A stretch of DNA of 63,072 nt, filler included, from Folioceros fuciformis (taxonomy: Eukaryota), in NCBI GenBank assembly GCA_049999805.1. It is 9 parts of 9 records of this genome, joined end to end, with 100 filler letters (N's around TTAATTAATTAA, not from the genome) between each part and the next. Parts side by side here need not be neighbours in the genome. Positions count along the whole stretch, not along the records: positions 35,250 to 48,902 come from JBNGIO010005721.1; positions 49,003 to 58,024 come from JBNGIO010005722.1; positions 58,125 to 61,376 come from JBNGIO010005725.1; 6 more parts are not named here. One strand, written 5' to 3'. Shown here in pieces: positions 48,601 to 61,476 of this stretch (its first letter is position 1; each line of letters begins with the position of its first letter). A program made the translations under genes and the position numbers. The notes under the pieces were generated by a model, which saw nothing but the letters and a program-made list of their open reading frames with translations, searched no databases and was not told the origin of the DNA.

Positions 48601-48902
48601 GTATCCCAATCGTACATGTGAGTCACAGTCACCTTGGTCAAGATGGTCCCCAAAAGACCATTGGTCTTCTCCGTCAACCCATTCGCCTTCGGATTGTAAG
48701 GAGTGGTCTTCCTATGACGAATGTTGAAGTAGGTGGTCAAGGCGGTGATGACTTCATTGAGGAAATGTGTACCTCTGTCGCTGACTAACTCCAACGGACA
48801 CCCATAGCGTGTGATGATGTTCTCAAACAGAAATTTGGCCACTGTTGGTGCATCGTCCCGTCGGGTAGCCTCCGCCTCCACCATCTTAGTGCAGTAGTCC
48901 GT
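45696..48902 (-). mobile_element. Ty3/gypsy family X (non-chromovirus, Athila-like): integrase (48068-48902), PPT (about 48031-48041), complete 2335-bp 3' LTR (45696-48030)
   Basis: SDRGTHF, YNPKANGLTE, ALWAYRTA, WMGPYKVEEVFENGSV...RVNG; LTR TGTGAACCTCC...GCCTCCACA; four 41-bp units at about 46303-46460. Confidence 0.92.
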
Positions 48903-49678
48903 NNNNNNNNNNNNNNNNNNNNNNNNNNNNNNNNNNNNNNNNNNNNTTAATTAATTAANNNNNNNNNNNNNNNNNNNNNNNNNNNNNNNNNNNNNNNNNN
49001 NNAGAATTACAAAAACAACACAATACAAGTGAAGAGGGAGTTAGACTGCCTATACTAAGTGGGTTCATCCCTTCTTTTATGGACCTATGGGTGGCACTCT
49101 CATTTTGTGCCCAATATGGGATAAATGACCCCAACCAAACCCTACAATACTTCTTTTGCCCAACATAGCAAAGTCTAATAAGCTATATATATTTTTATAT
49201 ATTTATTATAACCTTAATCACTCTTACCACTAATTAGTACAAACTCAATAAGCTGGATTAGCACTAATTAATATCAACATTAATCATGCTTAACAACCCT
49301 AACATCGTTTATACCTTAGTTACTTAACTGGGGTTAGTTATTAAACTCAAGAGACACTTTGGTTTTGTATATAAGTACTCTTTCTTAAATAAATTACACT
49401 CTTCTTGTATTATGTCTTTTCTTAGAGCAATTCATGATATAAAAGAAACATGGTATCAGAGCATTACGATGCTTGAGTCTTCAGCTAAATTAATGATGAT
49501 TATTTGCATAGTATCTAGGTTGGGAAATTATTTTTCCAACGCTTGATCTATAAATCATCATTATAGCTAGATGAATTCTAGCTACCTTCTCCGTGAAATA
49601 TGACTAGAAGAAATGGTAGACGAGGTGATAGAAATCTAACTCCATCGTCAGTTTCTTCTAGATTATCAAGGGATCAAT

Positions 49679-50194
49679 GTGCTACAATGTCATAATAACG
49701 TGATCTCTAATGGCTGGATTTCTGACAGAGATGAATTGAGAGCAAGTAGGTGCAGATTCTTTGCTGAACAGGCGTTGGTAAATCCCACTTATTATGAGAA
49801 TAGAGTTCAATCTCGTAGGGAGAGAATCCTATCACGTTTTCAGCAAAGAGTTGGCGACCATGATGTGCGTTCAACCTCTGACACTGGAGTGGAGATTTTT
49901 ACAGAATCTCAGTTTTCCTCTACCAATTCAGGTTCAATTGATAGAATATTGAGGCGCCTGGAAGTTATGGAATCGGTGCTAGTGCGTTTTGTTGCGAACA
50001 CCTCACCCTTCCTGGTTGACATCTCTACCGACGTTGAAGTGGTTCGGAGAGACATGCTTTCAATGGCAAATAATATTTCTAATCCTACAATCAGAAATCC
50101 TTCAGCCTCAATCTCTGGTATGCAGCCATCAGCGGCACTATATCTGGAGACGCTTGTTCCTATGAGAGAAGTTAGTGCTACAGGAACTCAGTGA
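49679..50194 (+). CDS. 171-aa leader ORF of Copia-F, unknown function
   Basis: Uninterrupted sense ORF between PBS and gag; extends upstream across one stop to an ATG at about 49613. Confidence 0.4.
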   Translation: MLQCHNNVISNGWISDRDELRASRCRFFAEQALVNPTYYENRVQSRRERILSRFQQRVGDHDVRSTSDTGVEIFTESQFSSTNSGSIDRILRRLEVMESVLVRFVANTSPFLVDISTDVEVVRRDMLSMANNISNPTIRNPSASISGMQPSAALYLETLVPMREVSATGTQ

Positions 50195-52132
50195 GGCAAT
50201 ACATGGAGATTTGAAACGATAGAGATCAGTAGCAGACATAAGTGTGCAAACCTGCAATCCAGCTTCCAATCGGCGCCCTTGATCAAGGCGCTTGTTGGAG
50301 TGGTTGCCAGCAATGCACACTCCTACTTGGCTGGATTCGTCTGCCGTTCTGTCTTGCATCCCCTCACATGTCCCACGCCAGACACCTAGGTCAACTGCAC
50401 CAGTTGGTTTATGGTTCATGGGACTTTTCTGGTTTTTAGGGTTTAAGTTGTCGCTTCGTAATTAAACCGAGACTTTTCGATTCATTTCACCTGTAGCAAG
50501 TTTTTTGAGACTTTCTGCTTGACTTCTCCCTGACTTCTCTTATATCTACTTTCTCCTGTAGCAGAAGTTATTGCATGACATAAAAAAATAGGGGGTAGTT
50601 CAGTCTACATGTAATTTGAAGGACTCACTTTTACCTGTAGTTTATGTCCATATTCGATTCAGACTCAGATCCACTGTCTTGGCTGTTCTCGAATCCTCCT
50701 CTTCCACAGCCTATCCCCTCTGTCATCATGAATACATCTGCTATTGCTACATCATCCTCTAGCTCAACCTATACGTGTGAGTTTAAAGAAAAGGATAGAT
50801 TCGACAAGACTTAGGCCCGGTTCGAAAGTTGAAGAGCTCGCATGAAGGCACACCTCAATGCTCGCGACGTATGGGAGTATGCTGATGGTTCTCTCCCGGA
50901 TCCTTCCATTGTTCCTGTTGGTGGACAGCAACCCACACAGGATGTTATTGACAAGTGGAAGAAGGGCAACAAGGTTGCCTTTGCAATCCTTCTATCAGGG
51001 CTTGATGAAACCACTGTTACTGAGGTGGAATTTCTTACAACAGTAGCAGCAGCATGGAAACAATTAGTCGACACATATCAAGTACAGAACATACTTACTT
51101 TGGTAGCTGCTCGGAATGCATTTCATGCACTACGTCTGAAGGATGGAGAATCTATGGGAGCACATGTTTCCAAGCTGCGTTATCTAAGAGCGCAGTTGGA
51201 TGGGCTCAACAGTAAGATCTCTGAGGTGTACATGACTGCACAACTAATTGCCAGCCTTCCTGCCTCATATCAGACATTTGTGTCCAGTCAGAATGCGTCT
51301 CTAAGGGACTCTTATGTTGCTGTAGCCGCTGGTAGACAGGCAACTATTAACTTCAATGAAGTGGTTGGTGCCCTCCTGCAAGAAGAACAGAGTCGTAAGA
51401 CTAGTTCTGTAAGCCGCTTCCATGGTGACGAGGTTCTGTTTGCTGCAAAAGGAAAAGGACCTTGGAAGGGCAAGGATAAGAAAAAGGAGAAAAATAACTT
51501 CAGTGGCAGTCAGAATAAACATCCCTCACCTGGCAGTGCCACTAAACGTCAGGGTAATTGTAACTGGTGTGGCATTCAGGGACACTGGGAAAGGGACTGC
51601 CGGCAAAAGAAACAAGGAGAGCCCAAGAGCTCCAAATCTGAAGTTCATGTAACTTCTAAAGAGCAAAAGATGTCTGCTCCTCAGCATAAGAGTGGGAGTA
51701 CTGTTCTCACAGTTTGCCTTACGTCTCGTAAAGAACAGACATCTTCGTGGTTTGTTGATTCAAGTGCAACAGCACATATCTGCAACAACCGTGATCTGTT
51801 CTCTAGCCTGCACAAGCAACAATCACCTCAATTAGTTTATGTGGGTGATGCTCGTGGAGTGCATGTAGAAGGGACAGGCTCAGTGGACATACCTTTACTT
51901 GGGGGTTCAGTCTTGCATCTTGATGACGTGTTGTTTGTCCCTGAAATGAGTAAGAACATTTTGTCCATTAGAGCTCTTGTCCAGAGCTAGAAGTATGTCT
52001 TTAAGTTTGAGAACAGGAAGTGCTATATTTATAGGCAGTCTTGTCCTGGTGTCTTGGTTGCTAAAGCTGTTTTAACTAATGACTTGTATCAATTAGTGAC
52101 TGAACATAAACCTAAGGTTAGAGCTCTAATTG

Positions 52133-54050
52133 TGTGGGCAAGCGGGCATGGTATCCCTACCAGGCACCCGCTCACATGTATCGTGGCCACATCAATCCCA
52201 CGGTCGTTGTAGGTTTCCCCGCAATCGCTCCCCTCTGAGCCTGGTCAGCTACGTCTATTGCTCCCCTACACTAGTCAACTCTCCCAACCACGTACCTACC
52301 AATCTAGCCACACGTCCCATCAATAGGTAGGGACCATTCCTTCACTTGGAAGGGCGCCAGTACCTCCCCTACCGATTTCTACCTTCCAATCACGTTCCTA
52401 CCAATCGTGCAACACGTCCCGTTAGTAGGTAGGCATCATTCCTTCACTTGGAAGGGCCCCAATACCTCCCATACCGATTTCTACCTCCCTACACTCGATA
52501 CCTTTTCCTCACAAGGCTCCCTACAACACCTTCCTCTACCCACAATCTAGCTGCTCGTCTCCCTACACCCAGCAACCAACGAGTTTCCTCCGAGCCTACT
52601 CCGCTCCCTCCAACTCTGTTTATCGTTCTCCTACGACATTCAACCTTTCCCAGCGCGTACCTTCAACACGTCCAGTCGGTAGGAAGGCACCATTCCTTCA
52701 CTTGGAAGGGCCCCAGTACCTCCCCTACCAACTTCCAACTACCTACACCCAGCACCTTTCCCCACAAGTCTCCTCACAACACCTTCTACACGATCCAACT
52801 CCACGTTTCCCTACGTTCAAGACTCCCAACCAGACATCTGTTCAAAAGGTTGTTCCGCCTCCTCCAAAAGGTTGTCCAAAAGGTTGTTCCGCCTCCTCCA
52901 ACTCCTCTTGTGTTAACAACCCTTCTGTCTTCCATAAGTGCACCAAGTAAGTCGAGAGGTAGCGAGGACGTGCACTCCCCACCTCCCTACCGTTCGGCTT
53001 GAGCAACTTCTCCCTGTGGTAGGTATACGCCTCATACATAATTAACCCCCAGTCTGGCTTGGCTCCTTGAGTCACTCTCCAAAGGAAGTGGAGGAAAGCA
53101 TTGCTGAAATATGAGGTGCGTTGATAGTTTACCAATCCAAGAACCACCTTAGTGAACAACCATAGGGCTTCCAACTCCTCCTTCGATTGTTGTAGGTTGG
53201 TATAGCACTCCTTCACCAAGCCTTCATGAACATACGACCAGTGTCTGCCATATATCCAGTCAAGCTAGATGTTTGCATCACATGCCCAAGTCCTTGGGTC
53301 TATCAAATCCCTTGAGTTTAGTTGGCCCCAAAGCAAGAAAAGGACGAAACATTTGGGGAGAGCTGGCTGCCCTCGTGGGTTGTCCCCTACTACCGGAACC
53401 CACCTGAGTATTGTTGGAGGTCTGCGCCATAGTTGATAGAAGAAAACCCCAAGAATGTCGGTTGCCCTCCTTTACGCAAGGTTATACTCCTACCTCCGTA
53501 GGCAACTGCTCCCAGCTTATGTGCAGCTGATTTCACGTCCCATGCATGTTTCTCCCTATGGCTCTCACCACAGCAAGGCCCTTTCTCTCTCTTTGAGTCC
53601 GCTTGGTCACAACAAGTAGGTCCCCGGCGTAGGTGTCTTGTCGCACAACTACTTCTTGTAGGTAGATGTAGTTCCCTACGTGGAGGTGAGCACCCTTTGT
53701 TGATGGGACACCTTAGGTAGGGACCCCTTTAAATACCCTCTTGTCGTGGGTATACTTCTATATGTAGTAACTGCCCTTAATAGATACCCTACATAGGTGT
53801 CCCCTTTTCTGCAGGTAGCTTGCCCTTCACAACTAAATTTCTTATTTGGGTACTACCTCCCACAAAGATATCCTCCCTACGTGGGCATACCTCCCTATAG
53901 GTAGCCATCCCAAAGAAGGTAACTTCTTTATAATACTACCCCTTATTATCGCCACTCATATAACCTACCAAACCAAGATCAAACAAAACTGAAAATATTA
54001 TTAGCCGCTCCCACCTACTGCAGGTATTTGCCAAAAACCCGCATTCCACA
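52133..54050. mobile_element. Family Y solo LTR, 1918 bp
   Basis: TGTGG...CCACA termini; AATTG TSD (52128-52132 and 54051-54055); removing it restores RALIATHQLQANLWHARLG. Confidence 0.93.
52842..53219 (-). pseudogene. Protein-coding remnant inside the Y LTR
   Basis: FLHFLWRVTQGAKPDWGLIMYE...YLSTYLVHLWKTEGLLTQEE has a globular-protein pattern reminiscent of gypsy accessory proteins. Confidence 0.5.
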
Positions 54051-56986
54051 AATTGCTACTCATCAGCTTCAAGCTAATCTCTGGCATGCACGATTAGGTC
54101 AGGTTAATAAATCAAAGTTAGATCTAATGTCGTCATCCAGCTGCTACAGAGAACCACTACCTACATGCTTTAAGCATTTTGACATTTGTAGTTCGTGTGT
54201 CTTGTCTAAGCAAAAAGAACTACCCTTCAAGAACAAATCAGCTACAAGGGCTACTACAGTGTTAGAGCTCATTCATGCAGATGTGGCTGGAAAACTTCCT
54301 ATTAAGTCTCTTGGGGGAGCTGAATATTATCTCTCTCACGGATGATTACTCCCAATATACTTGGACATTTCCTCTGAAGTTGAAAAGTGATGTTTTTGAG
54401 ACCATTGCCTCCTAGATCACAATGGTTCAATGTCAAACAGGAAAATTAGTCAAGTGTTTTCAGACAGATAATGGAGGAGAATTTTCAAGCTATAAGTTTG
54501 ATCACGTGTTTCAGCAGTCTGGTATTACTAGGCAGTGGTCTATTGCATATACTCAGCAGCAGAATGGGGTTGCTGAACGCAAGAATCAGACACTCATGGG
54601 AATGACAAGAAGTATGCTTTCATGGGCCTCCTTGTCAAAAGTTTTCTGGGCAGAGGCTGTTGTGACGGCGACGTATATACTTAATCGAGTGATTACTTCA
54701 GCTCTTCTAGGAATGACACCATATGAAGGTTTCTGGGGAAAGAAACCTAGCCTTCTTCATCTTCGAGTCTTTGGCTCCGTGGCATTTGCATATATCCCTG
54801 AAGCCAAAAGAGGGAAGTTAGATGATAGGGCAAAACCTTTAATATTCCTGGGGTATTCTGAGGAGTCTAAGGCTTATAAGTTGTATGACCCATGTACATC
54901 AAAACCAACCTTATCACGCAGCTGCACTTTCAAGGAACTTTCTGCTCCTAAGTTGTCTGCTGATTCAGATGGAGCCACATCTCCTTTGCCTGAAGACCCT
55001 CCTCTGGATCCTCCCTATATATACCCTGCTTCAGATGGAGATCCTCCTTCAATTCAAGAACATGAGGACGCTGATCAAGCTGTTCTGACTAATGGATACA
55101 TTACTGAAGATGAACAGATTTAGGAAGTGTTAGCTGAAATACCTCCTACCCCTAACCTATATGCAGACGATTTGCATTCTTCTGGTTAGGATGATGAGGA
55201 TGGTCCTCTTGTTGTAATGAATGACGATGGTCAATCCACATGAGGTTCAGAAGATGTGCTATCTAATTCTGATTCCTATGGAGGTGATCCTGCACAAGTG
55301 GTTTCAGATGAAGGTCAATCAGAAACAAGATATCCAACTCGTGAGCGACAAACAAGGGAAAATTGCTTGGAACCACCTTATCAAGCTCATGATTTTCGCT
55401 GACATGCTGTTAATGTCTTGGATCTTCATGTCCCTGATGTTAGACCAGGTCCACAGACATATTCAGAGGCTCTGAATGGGCCAGATGTAGATCACTGGCG
55501 GAAATCTATACAAGACGAGTATGACTACCCTATCAATAATCGAACCTGGGAACTTGTTGACCTACCAGCAGGAAGAAAACCAATTAGCTGCAAATGGGTC
55601 TTCAAGACCAAGTTGAAGTCTGATGGAACTATTGCCCGCTACGAGTCCAGATTAGTAGCTAGGGGGTTTAGCCAGATACCTGGAATAGACTACGGTGAAA
55701 CGTTTTCTCCAATAGTGAAGCCCCCTTCCATACACATTTTGTTGGGAATGGCTGCTGAGTACGACTTGGAGGTGCACCAGATGGATGTGTGCACCGCCTT
55801 TCTTCATGGTTTACTTGAGGAGACTCTGTATATGCAATAGCCAGAAGGGTTTGTTAGTAAGAAGGACCCTCAAAAAGTGTGCCACCTGCTGAAGACTATC
55901 TATGGATTAAAGCAAAGTCCTCAAGCTTGGTATAAAAGAATTATCAAGTACCTCTGCAAGCTGGGTTTTCTTCAAAGTCCAGCTGATACCAATGTCTTCT
56001 ATCTGTCTTCAGGAGCTTTGTTTGTCATCCTAGCTTTGTATGTCGATGACTGCGTATTGCTCAGCAATGACCTAGGCCAGATGGACAAAGTCAAAGACAT
56101 GTTAAGACAAGAGTTCGAAATGACTGACCAGGGGGAACTCCAGTTTTGTTTAGGAATACAGATTCTTCGAAACCAGACAGCTGGTTAGATCATACTCCAT
56201 CAAACCAAATACCTTAAGGAAATATTGAAACGCTTTAATTTGGATGCAGCTTGCCCCGTTTTCACAACATCAGCTGTGGGGGAGAAGTTGACATAAGCTA
56301 TGTCACCTCAGAGACCTAATGAGGTTACAAACATGAGTCTTGTCCCTTACGCTGAAGCTGTGGGTTGTTTGATTTTTCTTGCCAATTAGACAAGGCCCGA
56401 CATTAGTTATGCAGTCAACCAGGCCTCTCAGTTCCTCAAACAACCTGGACGATTACACTGGGCAGCTGTTAAACGCATATATAGATATCTTAAAGGAACT
56501 CTCTCATATGGTCTACACTACACGTTCAATGGGAGCAATAGTTTAACACTTACTTCTTATGCCGAGGCCGACTGGGTGTCCGATGCTGACACTTGAAGGA
56601 GTTTGTCGGCATACTGCTTTGTGCTGTCCTCAGCATCTGTTAGCTGGAGCTATAAAAAACAGTCCTCCCTTGCACTGTCCTCTACTGAGGCAGAGTACAA
56701 AGCTCTTACAGATGCCTGCAAGGAGGCTGAATGGCAACGACAGTTCTTAGAGTCAGTTAATCAAACTTAGAAAGGGCCTACTTTGCTTCACTGTGACAAT
56801 CTGAGCAGTATAGCTCTTGTTTCTAATCCTAGGTTTCATGCACGTACAAAACATATCGAACTATACCACCACTATACATTATATTAGGGATGTAGCAGAA
56901 CGAGGGGCAATCAAGATGCAGTATATCAACACTCATCAAAATCCAGCAGACATCTTCACAAAAGGCCTCTCAAAGGCCAACCATTT

Positions 56987-58024
56987 TGTGGAGTGATTTC
57001 TTGCACCCAAGAACCACCCAAGGGGCCACACATCCCCCTATTGTCGTTGCAGTCCTATGGTTCGCTCCCAAGGGAGTGAATTAGTGCCAAGGAACACTAC
57101 CTATCACACTTCTACCTATCAGCCGGTCTATAGGTCTGTCCATACACTCACAACAAAAGGGCTAGAAGCCTAGCCTCCCCCCTAAGTCAGCTCACCCAAC
57201 TCACACTCCTGTTCTTCAATCCTCCAGCTCTTCTTGATTCCCACCTCAGCCACTTCCTCCTTACTTCAGTCCTCCAAGATTTCTACTTCAGTCACTTTCT
57301 CCCTACTTNNNNNNNNNNCTCCCTACTTCAGTCCTCCAAGATTTCTACTTCAGTCACTTCCTCCTTACTTCAGTCCTCCAAGATTTCCACTTCAACACAC
57401 ACTCCTACTCTTCAAGAGCTCACTCTTCACTTCTATGCATTCCACTCCAACTCTTCCTCTCTTTTCTTTAGCTCTTCCCCCCTGGAAATTAGAGCACAAT
57501 GGCTTCACTTCTTGCAGCCTTCAAGCATAGTGTGGATCTAGGACTGGATAGCCCTTCAGCTCACGGTCCTGTTCCTTCACTTCAGCCAACCTGCGATTCA
57601 TGTAGCCCTTGCGGATCCGGCCACACGGATCTTGACAGCCCCGGGATCCCCACGTTCCCCTAGTGGCAAGGGGAATCAAGACTTTGGGTTGACCTCAAGC
57701 GGCTCAGCGCCCTAAGCCAGGAGTTCTACCCACAAAATCCGGGGACCTCACACCATAGACCGCCCCCCCCTTCAATGGCAGGCCTCTCCTCTTGTACCCT
57801 CACCCTCATCTCTCTCTCTGACTTAAACCATCCTACATCCGGTTGTGACCTAAACCTAACCTCAGTCTGACCTAACCCTAATCTAAGCCGGACCTAGACC
57901 TAACCTCAATCTGACCTAACCCTAATCTAAGCCTGACCTAGACCTAACCTCAGTCTGACCTAACCCTAATCCTGATCGCAGCCTAACCAAAGCCTAACTC
58001 TAACCTACCCCTGCACCTAATTGC
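56987..58024. mobile_element. Family Z long LTR, partial, inserted at the end of Copia-F pol
   Basis: Starts TGTGGAG; shared subterminal motif at about 57026-57076; short internal repeats at about 57250-57395. Confidence 0.7.
57847..57972. repeat. 44-bp CCTAA-rich tandem repeat, about 3 copies
   Basis: GACCTAGACCTAACCTCAGTCTGACCTAACCCTAATCTAAGCC units at 57847, 57891 and 57935. Confidence 0.9.
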
Positions 58025-58124
58025 NNNNNNNNNNNNNNNNNNNNNNNNNNNNNNNNNNNNNNNNNNNNTTAATTAATTAANNNNNNNNNNNNNNNNNNNN
58101 NNNNNNNNNNNNNNNNNNNNNNNN

Positions 58125-58599
58125 CCGCAACCCCTGCCTCTAGCTCAAGCTAGGGCATGGTCTCCATGGCCTTCATGCCAACCAAGCAATCAGCCAGCCT
58201 ATCGTCAGACCCTGACCCCTGACACTGACATACCCAGATACCCGTTCCTATGTTCAAACCATTATTATATTATTTTTATTATTTAATATTATTATATTAT
58301 TATATTATTATTATTTAATATTATATATCTTTAATTAATATTAAACTAATCACCCAACCCTATGGCCTGGTACCGAACCTAAACCTTCCCAGGTCTGGGA
58401 CCAAACCTATACCCACTCTTATAACCAAACCAACTATTTCCTAGTCAATTAACCTAATTAGCACAAAGAAAAATAGGAAAAATGACCAAAAAATCAAGGA
58501 AAATTAGGGAAAATAAGTTAAAAAAGGAAACCAAACCATACCACTATTAACCCTTTTTCAACCAAAACAAACTACTACCCCAAACTTTGGAGGTTTACA
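58125..58599 (-). mobile_element. Family X LTR terminal segment
   Basis: Matches 47582-48030; ends GGAGGTTTACA. Confidence 0.9.
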
Positions 58600-58639
58600 G
58601 TACACCTATAAAATTATCAGCCTGATTATTGAAGGGGAC

Positions 58640-58980
58640 TTCATTTTTTATTCAGTGACGGGCACAAGGCAAGGGGATCCGCTAGGGGGTGCTCTTTTTG
58701 CAATGACACATTTTTTAGCATTGTCTTCTACTGCCTTGGCATTTCAGGAATGCCTTTTCCTATTCGTAGCTAATGACACTCATATGCTTGGGCCAGGAGT
58801 CATAGTCAAAGCATCATTTGATTTCTTCTCCTCGGAGCTCTCCAAGGTGGGGTTGATGGTTAAACTGTCTTAATGTAGGGTTTGGTCCCCTTCACACATC
58901 ACTTGCCCCCTTCAATATTTTTGGGGGTTGATATCACCTCCTCGTAAGGACTTTGAGTCTTAGGCGTTCCTATGGGACCT
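58640..58980 (+). mobile_element. CRE-like non-LTR reverse transcriptase fragment
   Basis: GTRQGDPLGGALFA...FVANDTH...GLMVKLS*C...VLGVPMG. Confidence 0.75.
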
Positions 58981-61194
58981 TTGTTAGCCCTAAAAATTAT
59001 GGTCCTGAAAAGATTTTTTTTAGGATCACAATTTATGAGTAATTTTTCGGTGGTCCGGACATTATTTCGGAGTAATCCTCCAGACCAATCTGCTGAGATA
59101 CTGAAATGGCTATGTGAGAAAATTTGCCACTTCAATATGACCAACCGGACTTGGACTCAAGCCGCTCATCGAAGCTTGCTCCAAACGTGGCCTCTCATTC
59201 TCTGATATTGGGAAGGGTTGACTTGCGGAATGGACCATGGTTGGTCCGTCCATACTGCCAGATGTTCAGACTCCAGTGCAGGAGAGAGAGGACACAAGGT
59301 ACTAAGATTTTTGAGCCTTAAGAGCAATGGAGGAGGCTCAGGTATATGGTGCTTATTGTACATGATCGGGAGTAGATGTCAGGTGTACAAGCTCATGAGG
59401 AGGAAGTGCACAATGGCCAAGGATTCCTCAGAGGAGAAATACAGGATGACAGAAAGTGGGTCTCCGATTTGATTGCTATTGGTGAGGTGGTGAATGGGGT
59501 AGCCAAAGCAAGATCTTGGAGGAAGGCCACGTACTGCATAGCAAGCGGATTGGCAACAGTGTTAGGCATCCTTCTCCAGCTCTATAGCAACAAAGACCAT
59601 ACTATAACATCCTACCGACTGTAGGAGGGCACATGTGGTGTCTTCGACAAGTTCCTTTCTCAGATTGGGAACATCACCACCTCCTTCTTCCCTTCCAGGG
59701 CTGCAATGAGTCGCTACCACTCCTCTGGATTCCTACCCTGCCAAGACTGGAAAAATAATGTCTTCGAGAAAGAAACGAACCCGCTGCAAGAATTCCTAGA
59801 GCAAGGAGGCTGGATGTGAACTTGCCAAGTCCCTAGCTCCCGGATCTTACCGAACAGCTAAAGTTTTGAGGGAAACGACACAATCGGGGTGCCAGGCAGC
59901 TGCCGAGGTAACAAACGCTGCTGGTAGGCACTATGTTCGTGAGGCCAACTGGTATCATTGCGAGCCAACACCAATCATTTTGTCGAAGATGGCCTTTTCT
60001 CACATTGGTAGAAGGATGTTTCTGCTAGGATTATGTTGTCTTATGATCAAGGTGCTTGGAAGCGTGGGCATTTCCGTTGTGCTCTTCAGTGTGGCAGCGT
60101 TGGTGCTCCCCAAACTTGTTGAAAGGCTATGCCTTAAGTGTTGTCTATACCCACTAAGGTTTAGGGTTTAGCCATTAGATATATAAGAGTGTGCCTTATC
60201 CAAAAGGTGCACTTGTTAGCCAAAGGTGTAGCCCTTAGCCTAAAGACGTCCCCGTTCATAAAAGTAGTTTAAGTAGGGTTTGTTTCATTACCTCTTTATT
60301 AATCATATACTTTGACATGATCTTTAAGAGAGTTTATAATGGTTATTAATTCTTTGATTTGATTACAGCAATCCTAAAATTAAAAAAAACTGGGTGCCGC
60401 GGGCCAATATAGGCTATCACTCGCATGTGAGGAGCTTGGATCTATATGCGATGCAACAATAGAGTCAACGGACTTCACCTTTGTTCTCATAAGTGGATTG
60501 GCTAGATTCGATGACTTGTACCACAACCAGCAACCTTCATGGTAGTGAGCCCCATTAGCTCACAAAGGTGGGATCATGGGCTGGGAGACGGACACCACGG
60601 AGGCAGTGCGGGGTCCGGAGGAGAAGCTCTCTATCATACTCTTTGGGTGACAAGAATCGGGCAAGATTGGCGATGTTCTCGTTTAATCCAAATGCAACTA
60701 GGTCCGAGAGGCGGCCTCAATCAACAATCGGCAAGGATCTCCACCTCATTTCCTATTAATCCTCCCTCACTTAGAAAGGATGTGTCTTAACATAATCATC
60801 GGTGTGCTAATCCTCATGTCCTTGAATGCTAATGAATATAGGCTTCAAAAGCTGATCCTCTTAAGCATAGACTATAGCAAAGCCTCGATCCCCAGCAGGG
60901 TGCTCAAGGCCATCAAATCCAGATTATGGATCAAAGCCATGCCAGTCGAACGAGCATAGCAATAAGTGGAAAATTGGAGGTGGCAATGTGGCCCACAAAC
61001 GATGACTGCCGAGAACAGGATTTGACTTGGTTGTCGAGATTGAGTCATGGTCATGGATTTAGAAAACATGTGTCCTTGTTGAGGCATTCGAAGAAAACCT
61101 AATACAACACACTAGCGATGTAAAGACGGAGCTTCAAACACAACACGAGCAAGGAGGTGCTGCTACAAAACCTAGTGGACTCTATGAGGTACTG

Positions 61195-61377
61195 TGTGGG
61201 CAAGCGGATGTGGTATCCCTACCAGGCACCCGCTCACATGTATCGTGGTGTCAGGATATATAATGCATTTAGGCATAAATATAATATGTTAATTAAACCC
61301 AGCTGAAACGATGCGGCCGGCGGAACGGCGTGGATGGTAGACCGTTTCGCGTGACAAGTAGGCAGTTATTTAATAAN
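61195..61377 (+). mobile_element. Family Y LTR start (61195-61248) interrupted by another TG-starting LTR-like sequence
   Basis: TGTGGGCAAGCGG...ATCGTGG as at 52133, then TGTCAGG... up to the gap. Confidence 0.75.
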
Positions 61378-61476
61378 NNNNNNNNNNNNNNNNNNNNNNN
61401 NNNNNNNNNNNNNNNNNNNNTTAATTAATTAANNNNNNNNNNNNNNNNNNNNNNNNNNNNNNNNNNNNNNNNNNNN

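Larger units (their letters stand above)
49305..56986 (+). mobile_element. Copia-F: partial 5' LTR to 49450, PBS-Met (49451-49462), leader ORF, gag-pol with many stops
   Basis: CNWCGIQGHWERDC, FVDSSATAH, IHADVAG, QTDNGGEF, QMDVCTAFLHG, LYVDDC, ADIFTKGL. An LTR-like fragment ending CCCTAACA (49003-49304) lies upstream. Confidence 0.93.

Noticed and set aside
57847-58020. CCTAA/CCCTAA-rich tract as interstitial telomere
   Set aside because: Organised as a 44-bp unit inside an LTR-like element; no run of CCCTAAA heptamers.
59000-61190. Scattered short ORFs, including a hydrophobic one at 59866-60171
   Set aside because: No motif or internal homolog I can identify; probably decayed repeat sequence and left unannotated.
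61249-61273. TGTCAGGATATAT resembles a T-DNA border core
   Set aside because: The 3' half (GTAAAC) is missing, no T-DNA genes are nearby, and it coincides with the TG start of a nested LTR-like insertion.
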